Below, in pieces: positions 19,734 through 28,673 of a stretch of DNA of 64,000 bases. The notes beneath the pieces are model-generated. The model did not search any database. It worked only from the letters and a program-made list of their open reading frames with translations, and was not told the origin of the DNA. This DNA comes from Sphingobacteriales bacterium (lineage in GTDB: Bacteria > Bacteroidota > Bacteroidia > Sphingobacteriales > Sphingobacteriaceae): positions 34,396-98,395 of the forward strand of contig JAPLFD010000008.1 in the NCBI GenBank assembly GCA_026390835.1, read 5' to 3'. Every line of letters starts with the position of its first letter. Positions within the stretch are counted from its first letter, which is position 1. Position numbers and translations under genes: made by a program.

Positions 19734-22307
19734 TTGAAATTAAAAAAAGGTCTTTTTCTATTTATTCTGTTCAATTGTTTCTTTTTAGGGGCAAGAAGTA
19801 CTCTATTTGCGCAAAAAAAGCCTACTACTAAATTTCCTGCAGTACAAGTAGATACCATTAAGCAAGTAAATTCTAAATCGGCAAAATTAGATGCTGCTGT
19901 AAAGTATACAGCCGAAGATTCTATTCGATTTGATAAAAAAAATGGCATTATTTACCTCTATGGTAGAGCACGGGTAAATTACACTGACTTTGAATTAGAT
20001 GCGGACTATATCCGTTTAGATCAAAAAAATAGTTCTGTTTTTGCGAAAGGTGCACTTGATGCTAAAACTGGTCGGTATAGAGGTCGTCCAATTTTAAAGC
20101 AGGGTGCCGATCAACCAATTAGCACCGATTCTTTATTGTTTAATATCTATACAAAAAAAGGTAAATCTTACGGTGTTTTTTCTGAAGTGGATGGCGGTTA
20201 TTTGCAGGCAAAACAATTCAAAAAAAATCAATACGACGAAGGTTTTTTTAAAAATGGTATTTACAGTACGTGTAATTTAGATCATCCGCACTTTGGTATT
20301 TTTATTACCCGAGGTATTGTAACGGATAAGCAAATTGTCACTGGCCCAGCATATCTAGAAATCGAAGATATTCCGATTCCGATTGGTATTCCATTTGGTT
20401 TCTTCCCTAAAGCGAATAAACGATCTTCTGGTATACTCTTTCCTACATTTGGAGAAGATGCAACTCGTGGATTTTTTATTCGTGATTTCGGCTATTATAT
20501 TGGCTTAAATGAATATTGGGATATGACATTAAGGGCTAGCTTGTATAGTCGAGGGTCTTATGATTTAAGTATGGCCGCCCGTTACCAAAAACGCTACAAG
20601 TTCGATGGTAATCTGAATTTACGGTATTCATCTACTCGTACGGGTATTGAAGGAACGTCGGGCTATAAACCATTTAAAGATTTTAATATACAATGGAGTC
20701 ATACACAACGACCAGAAGCCAATCCAGGTACTACCTTTACCGCTTCGGTTAATGCGGGTACTTCTAGTTATTTTTCCAATACAGCGGCTGGTGGTACCTA
20801 TAATTTCGACCAATTAACCCGGAATACGCTCTCTTCCAATATCAGTTATGGAAAAACTTTTGGTAATGGCTTATTTAACTTTACATCAAGTTTAAGCCAC
20901 AGGCAAGATATGCAGCAAAAAACGGTGTATTTAGAGTTGCCTACTTTTAGTTTAAATATGAGTACCATTAGTCCATTTGATTCTAAAACAAGAACCGGAG
21001 ATCAAAAATGGTACCAACGGATAAATGTTGGTTACAGCTTACGTGGAACCAATACCTTGGATACCAAAGAAGATTTATTATTCAAATCGGGTGCGCTAAA
21101 AAATCTTCGTAATGGTTTTCAACATACGGTTCCTATTAGTTTTTCCCAAAACCTTTTTAAGTTCTTTAATTTAAATTCGGGGGTAAGTTATACCGAAAAT
21201 TGGTACACCAAAACTATTCGGAAACAATGGTCTTCGGCAGAAAATAAAGTATTGATTGATACCGTACCGGGTTTTAGCCGATCTTATGAATATAGCTTAA
21301 ATTCTGGACTGACGACCAAATTTTACGGCCAAGTAAACTTTAAAAAAGGACGCTTAATGGCTCTTAGACATGTAGTAACACCTTCTGTAAGTTTCAACTA
21401 CCGCCCAGATTTTAGTGCATCACAATTCGGTTATTATCAAGATGTTCAGAGCAATGCCCAAGGTGCGATTTCGCAGTATTCGATATATGAGCAAGGTGTG
21501 TATGGCTACCCTGGCCGTGGCAAGGTTGCTGGAATTGGCTTTAGTGTAGATAATAACGTAGAGGCTAAAGTAAAGACTAAAAAAGATAGTCTTGGAAAGG
21601 GCGAAAAAATACCCATTCTTCAGGGACTTACTTTTTCTGGAAATTATAATTTTGCGGTCGATTCCTTTAAATTATCTACTATTAATTTTTCAGGTAGAAC
21701 CTCACTACTCAAGCAAAAATTAGGTGTAAATTTCTTTGGAACACTTGATCCATATCAACTAAATGGTGCTGGTGTACGTATAAATAAATACAGTATCTCT
21801 GATGGTAAATTAGCCCGTTTATCTAATTTTGGCTTATCGCTCGATTTTAATTTAAATTCATCTGGCTTAAGTAAAAATCATCCGAAGCCTACAAAAAATA
21901 CCTTAGCAACGCTAACACCCCAACAAGACGAACAACTAGCACTTATAAATCGAAATTCTGAAGCATTTGTAGATTTTAATATTCCCTGGACTTTCAGAGC
22001 ATCCTATAGTTTTAACTATTCTAAAGTTGGTTTAATGTCTTACAGAACTAATACGCTTAATTTTAATGGCGATTTTAGTGTAACGCCAAAATGGAAACTT
22101 ACGTATACCTCTGGTTACGATTTTCAACAGAAAAAAATAAGTTTAACTCAAGTAGGAGTTTATAGAGATCTCCATTGTTGGGATTTATCTTTTGGCTGGA
22201 TTCCATTCGGCACCTACAGAAGTTACACGGTTGATTTACGCGTAAAAGCTTCCATCTTACAAGATTTAAAACTAAGCAAACGACGCGATTACTTCACTCA
22301 ATTTTAA
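19734..22307 (+). CDS. lptD: outer-membrane LPS-assembly protein, LptD-like (Bacteroidota type)
   Basis: 857 aa with a signal peptide (LFLFILFNCFFLGARSTLFAQ) and an OstA-like N-terminal region. The long beta-rich C-terminus ends in an aromatic residue (YFTQF). The start is a TTG. Confidence 0.7.
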   Translation: MKLKKGLFLFILFNCFFLGARSTLFAQKKPTTKFPAVQVDTIKQVNSKSAKLDAAVKYTAEDSIRFDKKNGIIYLYGRARVNYTDFELDADYIRLDQKNSSVFAKGALDAKTGRYRGRPILKQGADQPISTDSLLFNIYTKKGKSYGVFSEVDGGYLQAKQFKKNQYDEGFFKNGIYSTCNLDHPHFGIFITRGIVTDKQIVTGPAYLEIEDIPIPIGIPFGFFPKANKRSSGILFPTFGEDATRGFFIRDFGYYIGLNEYWDMTLRASLYSRGSYDLSMAARYQKRYKFDGNLNLRYSSTRTGIEGTSGYKPFKDFNIQWSHTQRPEANPGTTFTASVNAGTSSYFSNTAAGGTYNFDQLTRNTLSSNISYGKTFGNGLFNFTSSLSHRQDMQQKTVYLELPTFSLNMSTISPFDSKTRTGDQKWYQRINVGYSLRGTNTLDTKEDLLFKSGALKNLRNGFQHTVPISFSQNLFKFFNLNSGVSYTENWYTKTIRKQWSSAENKVLIDTVPGFSRSYEYSLNSGLTTKFYGQVNFKKGRLMALRHVVTPSVSFNYRPDFSASQFGYYQDVQSNAQGAISQYSIYEQGVYGYPGRGKVAGIGFSVDNNVEAKVKTKKDSLGKGEKIPILQGLTFSGNYNFAVDSFKLSTINFSGRTSLLKQKLGVNFFGTLDPYQLNGAGVRINKYSISDGKLARLSNFGLSLDFNLNSSGLSKNHPKPTKNTLATLTPQQDEQLALINRNSEAFVDFNIPWTFRASYSFNYSKVGLMSYRTNTLNFNGDFSVTPKWKLTYTSGYDFQQKKISLTQVGVYRDLHCWDLSFGWIPFGTYRSYTVDLRVKASILQDLKLSKRRDYFTQF

Positions 22308-22308
22308 T

Positions 22309-23559
22309 ATGTTAGCAGAGATTATAACCATAGGCGATGAAATACTGATAGGGCAGGTAGTGGATACCAACTCGGCTTGGATTGGCAATAAATTGAGCGA
22401 AATTGGCGTGCGTGTACAGCAAATCACATCCATTTCCGATCAGAAAGAAGCCATCATGCAAGCTCTTACAACTGCATCGAAACGTGCCGATATTGTGTTG
22501 CTTACTGGTGGCCTAGGCCCAACCAAAGACGATATTACTAAAAAAACTTTAGCAGAATATTTTCAAGTTGGTTTTAAACAAGATGCAGAAACCCTTACTA
22601 GAGTAACAGCGTTTTTCCAGAAATTTAAAGCCCCTTTATTGCCTGTAAATAAAGCACAAGCCGATGTTCCCGAGAATTGTACCGTATTACAAAATAAGAA
22701 TGGTACCGCACCGGGCATGTGGTTTGAGCAAGACATGTGCATCATCGTATCCATGCCAGGTGTGCCTTTTGAGATGAAATACATGATGGAGGAAGAGGTG
22801 TTACCACGCATTAAACAAAAAGCTAATTTGCCGGCTATTGTACACCATACTATGTTAACCGCAGGTATTGGCGAATCTTTCCTTTCTGAACGCATTGCTG
22901 AAGTAGAAAACAACTTGCCAAGCCACATGAGCTTAGCCTATTTGCCAAAATTGGGGCAAGTACGTTTACGTTTAACAGCCTTAGGGGCTACTAAAAAAAG
23001 CTTAGAAGCTGAGGTACAAAACTATGCCAATCAAATTAAACAGTTAATTGGGCCATACTTTATTACCGATGCCGATTTGCCTTTTGAGAAGGTGATTTTA
23101 GATTTTATGGAAGCCCGTAACTTAAAACTAGTATTAGCAGAAAGTTGTACAGGTGGGTTTTTAGCGCATCAGTTTACCCAACATGCTGGATGTAGTTCAG
23201 TTTTCGAAGGAAGTGCCGTAGCCTATTCCTACGATCTTAAAGAGCGTATGCTTGGGGTAAATCACCAAACCTTATTATCATATGGTGCCGTTAGTGCTGA
23301 GGTAGTGGAAGAAATGGCTAAAGGAGCTATAGCAAAATATCAAACAGACTATGCCGTTTCTATTAGCGGTATTGCAGGTCCGGGTGGTGGTATGCCTGAG
23401 AAGCCAGTGGGTACGGTATGGATTGCCGTTGCCAATAAAACCAAAGTACTAAGTCGCAGATTTGAGTTTGGCTATAAACGCAAAGAAAATATTGAACGCT
23501 CGGCAGCCAATGCCTTGCTTATGCTTTATAAGTTACTAACAGAAGATTATGCTTCATAA
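22309..23559 (+). CDS. cinA: CinA family protein (MoCF-binding domain + nicotinamide-nucleotide amidase PncC domain)
   Basis: 416 aa. The N-terminus is MLAEIITIGDEILIGQVVDTNSAWI. The C-terminal ESCTGG motif marks the deamidase domain. Confidence 0.88.
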   Translation: MLAEIITIGDEILIGQVVDTNSAWIGNKLSEIGVRVQQITSISDQKEAIMQALTTASKRADIVLLTGGLGPTKDDITKKTLAEYFQVGFKQDAETLTRVTAFFQKFKAPLLPVNKAQADVPENCTVLQNKNGTAPGMWFEQDMCIIVSMPGVPFEMKYMMEEEVLPRIKQKANLPAIVHHTMLTAGIGESFLSERIAEVENNLPSHMSLAYLPKLGQVRLRLTALGATKKSLEAEVQNYANQIKQLIGPYFITDADLPFEKVILDFMEARNLKLVLAESCTGGFLAHQFTQHAGCSSVFEGSAVAYSYDLKERMLGVNHQTLLSYGAVSAEVVEEMAKGAIAKYQTDYAVSISGIAGPGGGMPEKPVGTVWIAVANKTKVLSRRFEFGYKRKENIERSAANALLMLYKLLTEDYAS

Positions 23560-23567
23560 AAAAGGCT

Positions 23568-23575
23568 TATTTTTG
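23568..23575 (+). promoter_or_regulatory. candidate -7 promoter element (TATTTTTG) for the E2 gene
   Basis: Exact TAnnTTTG match, 20 nt before the ATG at 23596. Confidence 0.45.
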
Positions 23576-23595
23576 CATCAAACCCCTTAAAACCT

Positions 23596-24924
23596 ATGGC
23601 TGAATATCAGTTAACTCTTCCTAAAATGGGCGAAAGCGTTGCCGAAGCTACCCTGATAAAATGGGTAAAAAATATTGGCGATACGATTCAAGCAGATGAA
23701 ATTATTTTAGAAATTGCTACCGATAAGGTAGATTCTGAAGTTCCTTCGCCCGTAGCCGGTAAACTGATAAAAGTATTATTTAACGAAAACGACGTGGTGC
23801 AAGTGGGAGAGGTTATTGCACTTATTGAAACAGAAGGCGGTACTGCCAGCAGCTCAGTTCCACCCGTAGCGCCCGCTCCTGAAGTTTTACCTGATCTAGA
23901 AACGCCCATTCTAGCCGCCGATATTCCCGGTATTAAAGAATTAGTAGCAGAGCCAAATGTTGCTGTAGAAGCTGATTTTAGTAAAACGCATAAGTTTTAT
24001 TCCCCTTTGGTAAAAAGTATTGCTGCCGAAGAAGGAATTACACCTGCTGAATTAGATGAAGTAAGTGGTACTGGTGCCGATGGAAAAGTAACTAAGCAAG
24101 ATTTAGTAGATTATATTGCCCATAAAGGCGATGGTGTCACCAAAGTACAGGCTCCTCAATCCGGTTCGGTAGAAAGCCCTAAAACAACCACTCCACCCGT
24201 ACAGGTAGTCTCTGGTTCTGATGAAATTATTGAAATGGATCGCATGCGCAAACTTATTGCCGAACACATGGTTATGAGTAAGCAAACGTCGCCACACGTT
24301 ACTTCTTTTGTAGAAGCCGATGTGACTAATGTAGTGCGTTGGAGAGATCGGGTAAAAAGCACATTTGAAAAACGCGAAAACGAAAAACTAACCTTTACAC
24401 CCATTTTTATTGAAGCCGTGGCTAAAGCCATTAAAGATTTCCCGATGATAAACGTATCGGTAAATGGCCAACAAATTATTGTAAAAAAAGACATTAATAT
24501 AGGTATGGCAACTGCCTTACCATCAGGTAATTTAATTGTACCGGTAATTAAACGTGCCGATTTATTAAATATGGTGGGTTTGAGTAAATCGGTAAACGAT
24601 TTAGCGAATCGTGCTCGTAATAACAAACTCCAACCCGATGAAGTGAGGGATGGTACATTTACCTTAACTAATTTAGGCTCTTTTGGCAATTTAATGGGTA
24701 CACCTATTATTAACCAACCTCAAGTTGCCATTTTAGCTGTGGGTGCCATTAAGAAAAAACCTGCTGTATTGGAAACTGCCGATGGTGATGTAATTGCTAT
24801 TAGACACATGATGTTCTTGTCCTTGTCTTACGATCACCGAGTGGTGGATGGCGGTTTGGGCGGTTCTTTTGTACGTAGAGTTGCCGATTATCTAGAGGCT
24901 TGGGATGTGAATAGAGAAGCTTAA
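23596..24924 (+). CDS. 2-oxoacid dehydrogenase E2 component (dihydrolipoamide acyltransferase)
   Basis: 442 aa. Lipoyl domain (EIATDKV), Pro/Ala linker, E3-binding domain (SPLVKSIAAEEGI) and catalytic SYDHRVVDG. Substrate class is not assignable by eye. Confidence 0.88.
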   Translation: MAEYQLTLPKMGESVAEATLIKWVKNIGDTIQADEIILEIATDKVDSEVPSPVAGKLIKVLFNENDVVQVGEVIALIETEGGTASSSVPPVAPAPEVLPDLETPILAADIPGIKELVAEPNVAVEADFSKTHKFYSPLVKSIAAEEGITPAELDEVSGTGADGKVTKQDLVDYIAHKGDGVTKVQAPQSGSVESPKTTTPPVQVVSGSDEIIEMDRMRKLIAEHMVMSKQTSPHVTSFVEADVTNVVRWRDRVKSTFEKRENEKLTFTPIFIEAVAKAIKDFPMINVSVNGQQIIVKKDINIGMATALPSGNLIVPVIKRADLLNMVGLSKSVNDLANRARNNKLQPDEVRDGTFTLTNLGSFGNLMGTPIINQPQVAILAVGAIKKKPAVLETADGDVIAIRHMMFLSLSYDHRVVDGGLGGSFVRRVADYLEAWDVNREA

Positions 24925-24927
24925 TTT

Positions 24928-26043
24928 TTAAGCTAAAGCTTGAGCAAAATCAGCCTGTAAATCTGCTATATTTTCTAGCCCTACCGATACCCGAATTAAG
25001 TTTTTAGGTGTTTTGGTATCCGGTCCCTCCACAGAAGCACGGTGTTCCAATAAACTTTCTACACCACCTAAACTAGTCGCTTGAGTGAATATTTTCACGC
25101 TATTACACACCTTTCGAGCTGCTTCTTCGCCATCTTTTACCAAGAACGAAATTATACCACCAAAACCACATTGCTGTCTTTTAGCCAATTCGTGTTGTGG
25201 GTGGCTGGCTAAACCCGGATAAAACACACGTTCTACTTTTGGGTGTTTTTCTAAAAAGCTAGCCAATGCTTGTGCATTTTCTAAATGCCCTTTCATGCGG
25301 TAAGGCAAGGTTTTAATACCACGAACAGTCATATAACAATCAAACGGAGCGGGTACAGCCCCTGAAAGATTTTGAATAGTTCTAATTTGTTCCCAAAACG
25401 CATCAAGTTTTTTGGTGATTAAAGCGCCACCCAATACATCACTATGTCCGCCTAAGTATTTAGTAGTAGAATGCATCACTATATCGGCACCTAAAGCTAA
25501 TGGGCACTGAAAAATAGGCGTAGCAAAGGTATTGTCACAAGCCACTTTAATGCTGTGCTTTTTAGCCAAACTGCAAACGGCAGTTATATCACTAATTTTT
25601 AATAATGGATTTGAAGGGCTTTCCAACCAAATTAATCGGGTTGTGGGTTTAATGACCTTTTTAATCGCATCTAAAGAGGTGGTGTCTACAAAATCTACAC
25701 TTAAAACACCCTTAAACACTTGCAAGAGCGCATTCCGCAAGCCGTGATACATATCGTCGGGTGCAATTACGTGGCTACCAGGATCTAGTGCTTGAAATAC
25801 TGCCGAGCCAGCTGCATTGCCCGAAGAGAAGGCACAGGCATCAACACCGTGTTCTAGGGCTGCTAAAACCTTTTCTAAAGAGCGTCTGTTTGGATTATCG
25901 CTACGGGTATACATGTAGCCATCGGGGTAATTCCCTTCCGCATCTCGTTCAAAAGTGGTAGAAAGACTAATAGGTTGAATTACTTCGCCTGTTAAGCTAT
26001 TTACGGTGTTGCCAGCATGTATGGCTATGGTTTCAATTTTCAT
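24928..26043 (-). CDS. Cys/Met-metabolism PLP enzyme (cystathionine beta-lyase/gamma-synthase family)
   Basis: 371 aa. PLP-lysine motif HSTTKYLGGHSDV. Confidence 0.82.
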   Translation of the reverse strand: MKIETIAIHAGNTVNSLTGEVIQPISLSTTFERDAEGNYPDGYMYTRSDNPNRRSLEKVLAALEHGVDACAFSSGNAAGSAVFQALDPGSHVIAPDDMYHGLRNALLQVFKGVLSVDFVDTTSLDAIKKVIKPTTRLIWLESPSNPLLKISDITAVCSLAKKHSIKVACDNTFATPIFQCPLALGADIVMHSTTKYLGGHSDVLGGALITKKLDAFWEQIRTIQNLSGAVPAPFDCYMTVRGIKTLPYRMKGHLENAQALASFLEKHPKVERVFYPGLASHPQHELAKRQQCGFGGIISFLVKDGEEAARKVCNSVKIFTQATSLGGVESLLEHRASVEGPDTKTPKNLIRVSVGLENIADLQADFAQALA

Positions 26044-26122
26044 AGTATATAATCCTTTCGTAAACTTAACAAATGCGTGGCTTTATCCCAACATTAGGAT
26101 TAAATATTGTGTACCGAATGTG

Positions 26123-26130
26123 TATTTTTG
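26123..26130 (+). promoter_or_regulatory. candidate -7 promoter element (TATTTTTG) for the mqn operon
   Basis: Exact TAnnTTTG match, 14 nt before the ATG at 26145. It lies inside the longer ORF-track reading (26073), which argues for the shorter start. Confidence 0.45.
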
Positions 26131-26144
26131 TAAAAATAGCTGCC

Positions 26145-27332
26145 ATGTCGTCCACGCTTTCTTTTCTACTATCCGATCCATCTTTGCCTATAGCACTTAA
26201 AGCTATTGCGCAAAAAGTTCAACAAGGTGAACGCATTAGTCCCGAAGAAGGTATTTTGCTCTACGAAAAAGCAGATCTTTCTTATTTAGGCGTGTTGGCC
26301 AATTTTATAAGAGAGCAAAAGCACGGTCATAAAACATATTTTAACCGCAATTTTCATATTGAACCCACTAATTTATGTGTGTACGATTGTAAATTTTGCT
26401 CTTATTCTCGTTTGTTGAAACAAAAGGAGGAAGGGTGGCAGTTTACAAAAGAAGATATGCTGAACATCGTAAAATCGTACGATGGACAACCTGTAACCGA
26501 AGTGCACATTGTGGGTGGTGTATTGCCGCAATACGATGTTGATTTTTATGTCGATTTATTTCAATCTATACGTGCTCACCGGGCAGATTTACACATTAAA
26601 GCACTCACACCTGTAGAGTTTCATTACATCTTTAAAAAAGCCAAAATTGATTATGCCACTGGTATGAAATTGATGAAAGAAGCAGGCTTAAACTCTATTC
26701 CTGGTGGTGGTGCCGAAATATTTGCTCCCGAAATTAGAGAGCAAATAGCAAAAGATAAATGTACCGGTGATCAATGGTTAGAAATTCATGAAATTTGGCA
26801 CAATTTGGGCATGCGTTCCAATGCCACCATGTTGTATGGCCATATAGAAAGCTACGCACATCGCATTGATCATATGGAGCAATTGCGGCAATTGCAAGAT
26901 CGTACAGCCGGTTTTCAAACCTTTATCCCCTTAAAGTTTAGAAATCAGGATAATCAATTATCGCATCTTACTGAAGTTAGTGTGCTCGAAGATTTGCGCA
27001 ATTATGCTATTTCTAGAATTTATCTCGATAATTTCGATCACATTAAAGCTTATTGGGCCATGATTAGTCGGCAAACCGCACAACTTTCTTTAAGTTTTGG
27101 GGTAGATGATATTGATGGAACTTTGGACGATACCACCAAAATTTACACCATGGCTGGTGCCGAAGAACAAAATCCGGCGATGAGCACACAAGAATTGGTC
27201 AATTTAATTAAACAAGTAGGCCGTCATCCACTTGAACGTGATACCCATTATCATGTCATTCAAGATTTTAAGGATGTAGTATTTGAAGATGAGGTAAAAC
27301 CCAATTATTACCCCTTACCGGTATTGAATTAA
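26145..27332 (+). CDS. radical SAM enzyme of the futalosine menaquinone pathway (MqnE/MqnC/CofH family; MqnE weakly favoured)
   Basis: 395 aa counted from MSSTLSFLL. Radical SAM cluster motif CVYDCKFCSY. It shares an operon with mqnA. MqnE and MqnC cannot be separated by eye. Confidence 0.75.
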   Translation: MSSTLSFLLSDPSLPIALKAIAQKVQQGERISPEEGILLYEKADLSYLGVLANFIREQKHGHKTYFNRNFHIEPTNLCVYDCKFCSYSRLLKQKEEGWQFTKEDMLNIVKSYDGQPVTEVHIVGGVLPQYDVDFYVDLFQSIRAHRADLHIKALTPVEFHYIFKKAKIDYATGMKLMKEAGLNSIPGGGAEIFAPEIREQIAKDKCTGDQWLEIHEIWHNLGMRSNATMLYGHIESYAHRIDHMEQLRQLQDRTAGFQTFIPLKFRNQDNQLSHLTEVSVLEDLRNYAISRIYLDNFDHIKAYWAMISRQTAQLSLSFGVDDIDGTLDDTTKIYTMAGAEEQNPAMSTQELVNLIKQVGRHPLERDTHYHVIQDFKDVVFEDEVKPNYYPLPVLN

Positions 27333-27946
27333 TGTATACAGCTAAAACATTTTACATTATTAGACACGGTGAAACCGACTTAAATAGCCAAGGAATTATT
27401 CAAGGCCGTGGCATGAATACCGACTTAAATGAAAAAGGAGAGGCACAAGCTGCTGCTTTTTTTAATGCATACCAACACATTCCATTCGATATAGTTTATA
27501 CTTCAACCTTAAAACGAACTCACCAAACCGTAGCCCAATTTATTGAGAAGGATATTCCTTGGAAACAGCACGCTGGTTTAGATGAATTGGCATGGGGTAT
27601 TTATGAAGGCAAACCATCGGAAATTACCAAACCTGCATTTTTAGCCTTAACAACAGCCTGGTTGGAGGGCGCTGTACATGAAAAGTTTGAAGCAGGAGAA
27701 AGCCCCCTGGAAGTTCAAGCTAGGCAAATAGAGGCATTAGAAGAGTTGAAAAAATTAGCAGATGTATCCAATGTGTTAATATGTATGCACGGCCGGGCTT
27801 TACGCATATTCTTATGCGTGTTATCAAACTTATCCTTATCGCAAATGGATACATTCCCGCATAGCAATACTACTCTATACAAGGTATATTTTGATGGCGA
27901 AGGTTTTGAAATTCAGGAATACAACAATACCCAGCATCTTTTGTAA
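27332..27946 (+). CDS. histidine phosphatase family protein (phosphoglycerate-mutase-like)
   Basis: 204 aa. Catalytic RHGET motif (IIRHGETDLN) and a downstream MHGRALR histidine. Its start overlaps the upstream stop (TAATG). Confidence 0.8.
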   Translation: MYTAKTFYIIRHGETDLNSQGIIQGRGMNTDLNEKGEAQAAAFFNAYQHIPFDIVYTSTLKRTHQTVAQFIEKDIPWKQHAGLDELAWGIYEGKPSEITKPAFLALTTAWLEGAVHEKFEAGESPLEVQARQIEALEELKKLADVSNVLICMHGRALRIFLCVLSNLSLSQMDTFPHSNTTLYKVYFDGEGFEIQEYNNTQHLL

Positions 27947-27947
27947 C

Positions 27948-28673
27948 ATGAGCCATAAAATTAACGTTTCTGCGGTTTCTTATACCAATACTAAACCTTT
28001 TGTGTACGGACTTACCCATTCGCCAGTAGCAGCGCACATCAATTTAAGTTTAGATATACCCGCTACCTGTGCCGATAAATTGTTAAACAATGAAGTAGAT
28101 CTTGGCTTGGTTCCAGTAGCCACAATATTGCGTATGCCACATTATGAATTGGTTTCCGATTACTGTATTGGAGCGGTAGGAGCGGTAAATTCGGTATTTC
28201 TTTTTTCAAACAAACCCATAGAAGAAATTCAAAGTGTTTGCTTTGATACACAATCGAGAACCTCTAATTTATTAGCCCAGGTGCTTATGAAGCATTTATG
28301 GAAAAAAGAAGTGAACTGGCTAAACGAAGGGGAGGCCGATGCATTTGTAGAGATTGGTGATCGTACTTTTGGCAAAAAAGCCCAATATGCTTTTAGTTAC
28401 GATTTATCGGAATGCTGGTTCAGTTTAACTCAACTTCCTTTTGTATTTGCAGCATGGGTAAGTGTAGTAAAATTACCTCCACACTTTTTAAGTTTATTTA
28501 ATGATGCCTTGGCTTTTGGTCTGCACAATCGGAATGTGGTCATTGAAAGTTTAGCAAAAGAAAACCTAGCCATTGATGTGAGGGCCTATCTCACCCAATC
28601 CATAGATTACCAATTCGATGCTCAAAAACGTTTAGGACTTTCTACTTTTTTAGAGTTGGCAGGTACGCTCTAA
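27948..28673 (+). CDS. mqnA: chorismate dehydratase MqnA (menaquinone via futalosine)
   Basis: 241 aa counted from MSHKINVSAVSYTNTKPF, the typical MqnA/VitK2 N-terminus. The ATG lies 1 nt after the preceding stop. Confidence 0.75.
   Translation: MSHKINVSAVSYTNTKPFVYGLTHSPVAAHINLSLDIPATCADKLLNNEVDLGLVPVATILRMPHYELVSDYCIGAVGAVNSVFLFSNKPIEEIQSVCFDTQSRTSNLLAQVLMKHLWKKEVNWLNEGEADAFVEIGDRTFGKKAQYAFSYDLSECWFSLTQLPFVFAAWVSVVKLPPHFLSLFNDALAFGLHNRNVVIESLAKENLAIDVRAYLTQSIDYQFDAQKRLGLSTFLELAGTL

Noticed and set aside
22309-23559. CinA as evidence for a competence/DNA-uptake system
   Set aside because: CinA is a widespread NMN-amidase/MoCF-domain protein. No com or pil genes are nearby, so the competence name is historical only.
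24156-24689. 177-aa antisense ORF inside the E2 acyltransferase gene (also 23688-23909 and 24103-24297)
   Set aside because: It is a shadow ORF with low-complexity translation. The plus-strand gene has an intact lipoyl, E3-binding and catalytic domain order across the same region.
26044-26144. SAM or other riboswitch upstream of the two Cys/Met-metabolism PLP genes (also 36396-36525)
   Set aside because: The available leaders are only about 15-100 nt and are shared with divergent promoters. I could not find the conserved SAM-I/SAM-II helices or any extended pairing.
26073-26144. Long N-terminal extensions proposed by the ORF track (26073 for mqn, 43224 for crtY, 53902 for MFS, 53790 for ADH, 12806 for ABC, 34794 for WbqC, 2480 for PASTA, 14195 for ABM, 33939 for GT2, 36467 for the lipoprotein)
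   Set aside because: Most extensions I checked begin at TTG; I did not read the start codons at 26073, 53902, 14195 and 36467. They run through promoter boxes, a terminator or the neighbouring gene, and they add non-conserved, oddly composed residues. Internal ATGs give canonical N-termini and sensible operon junctions.
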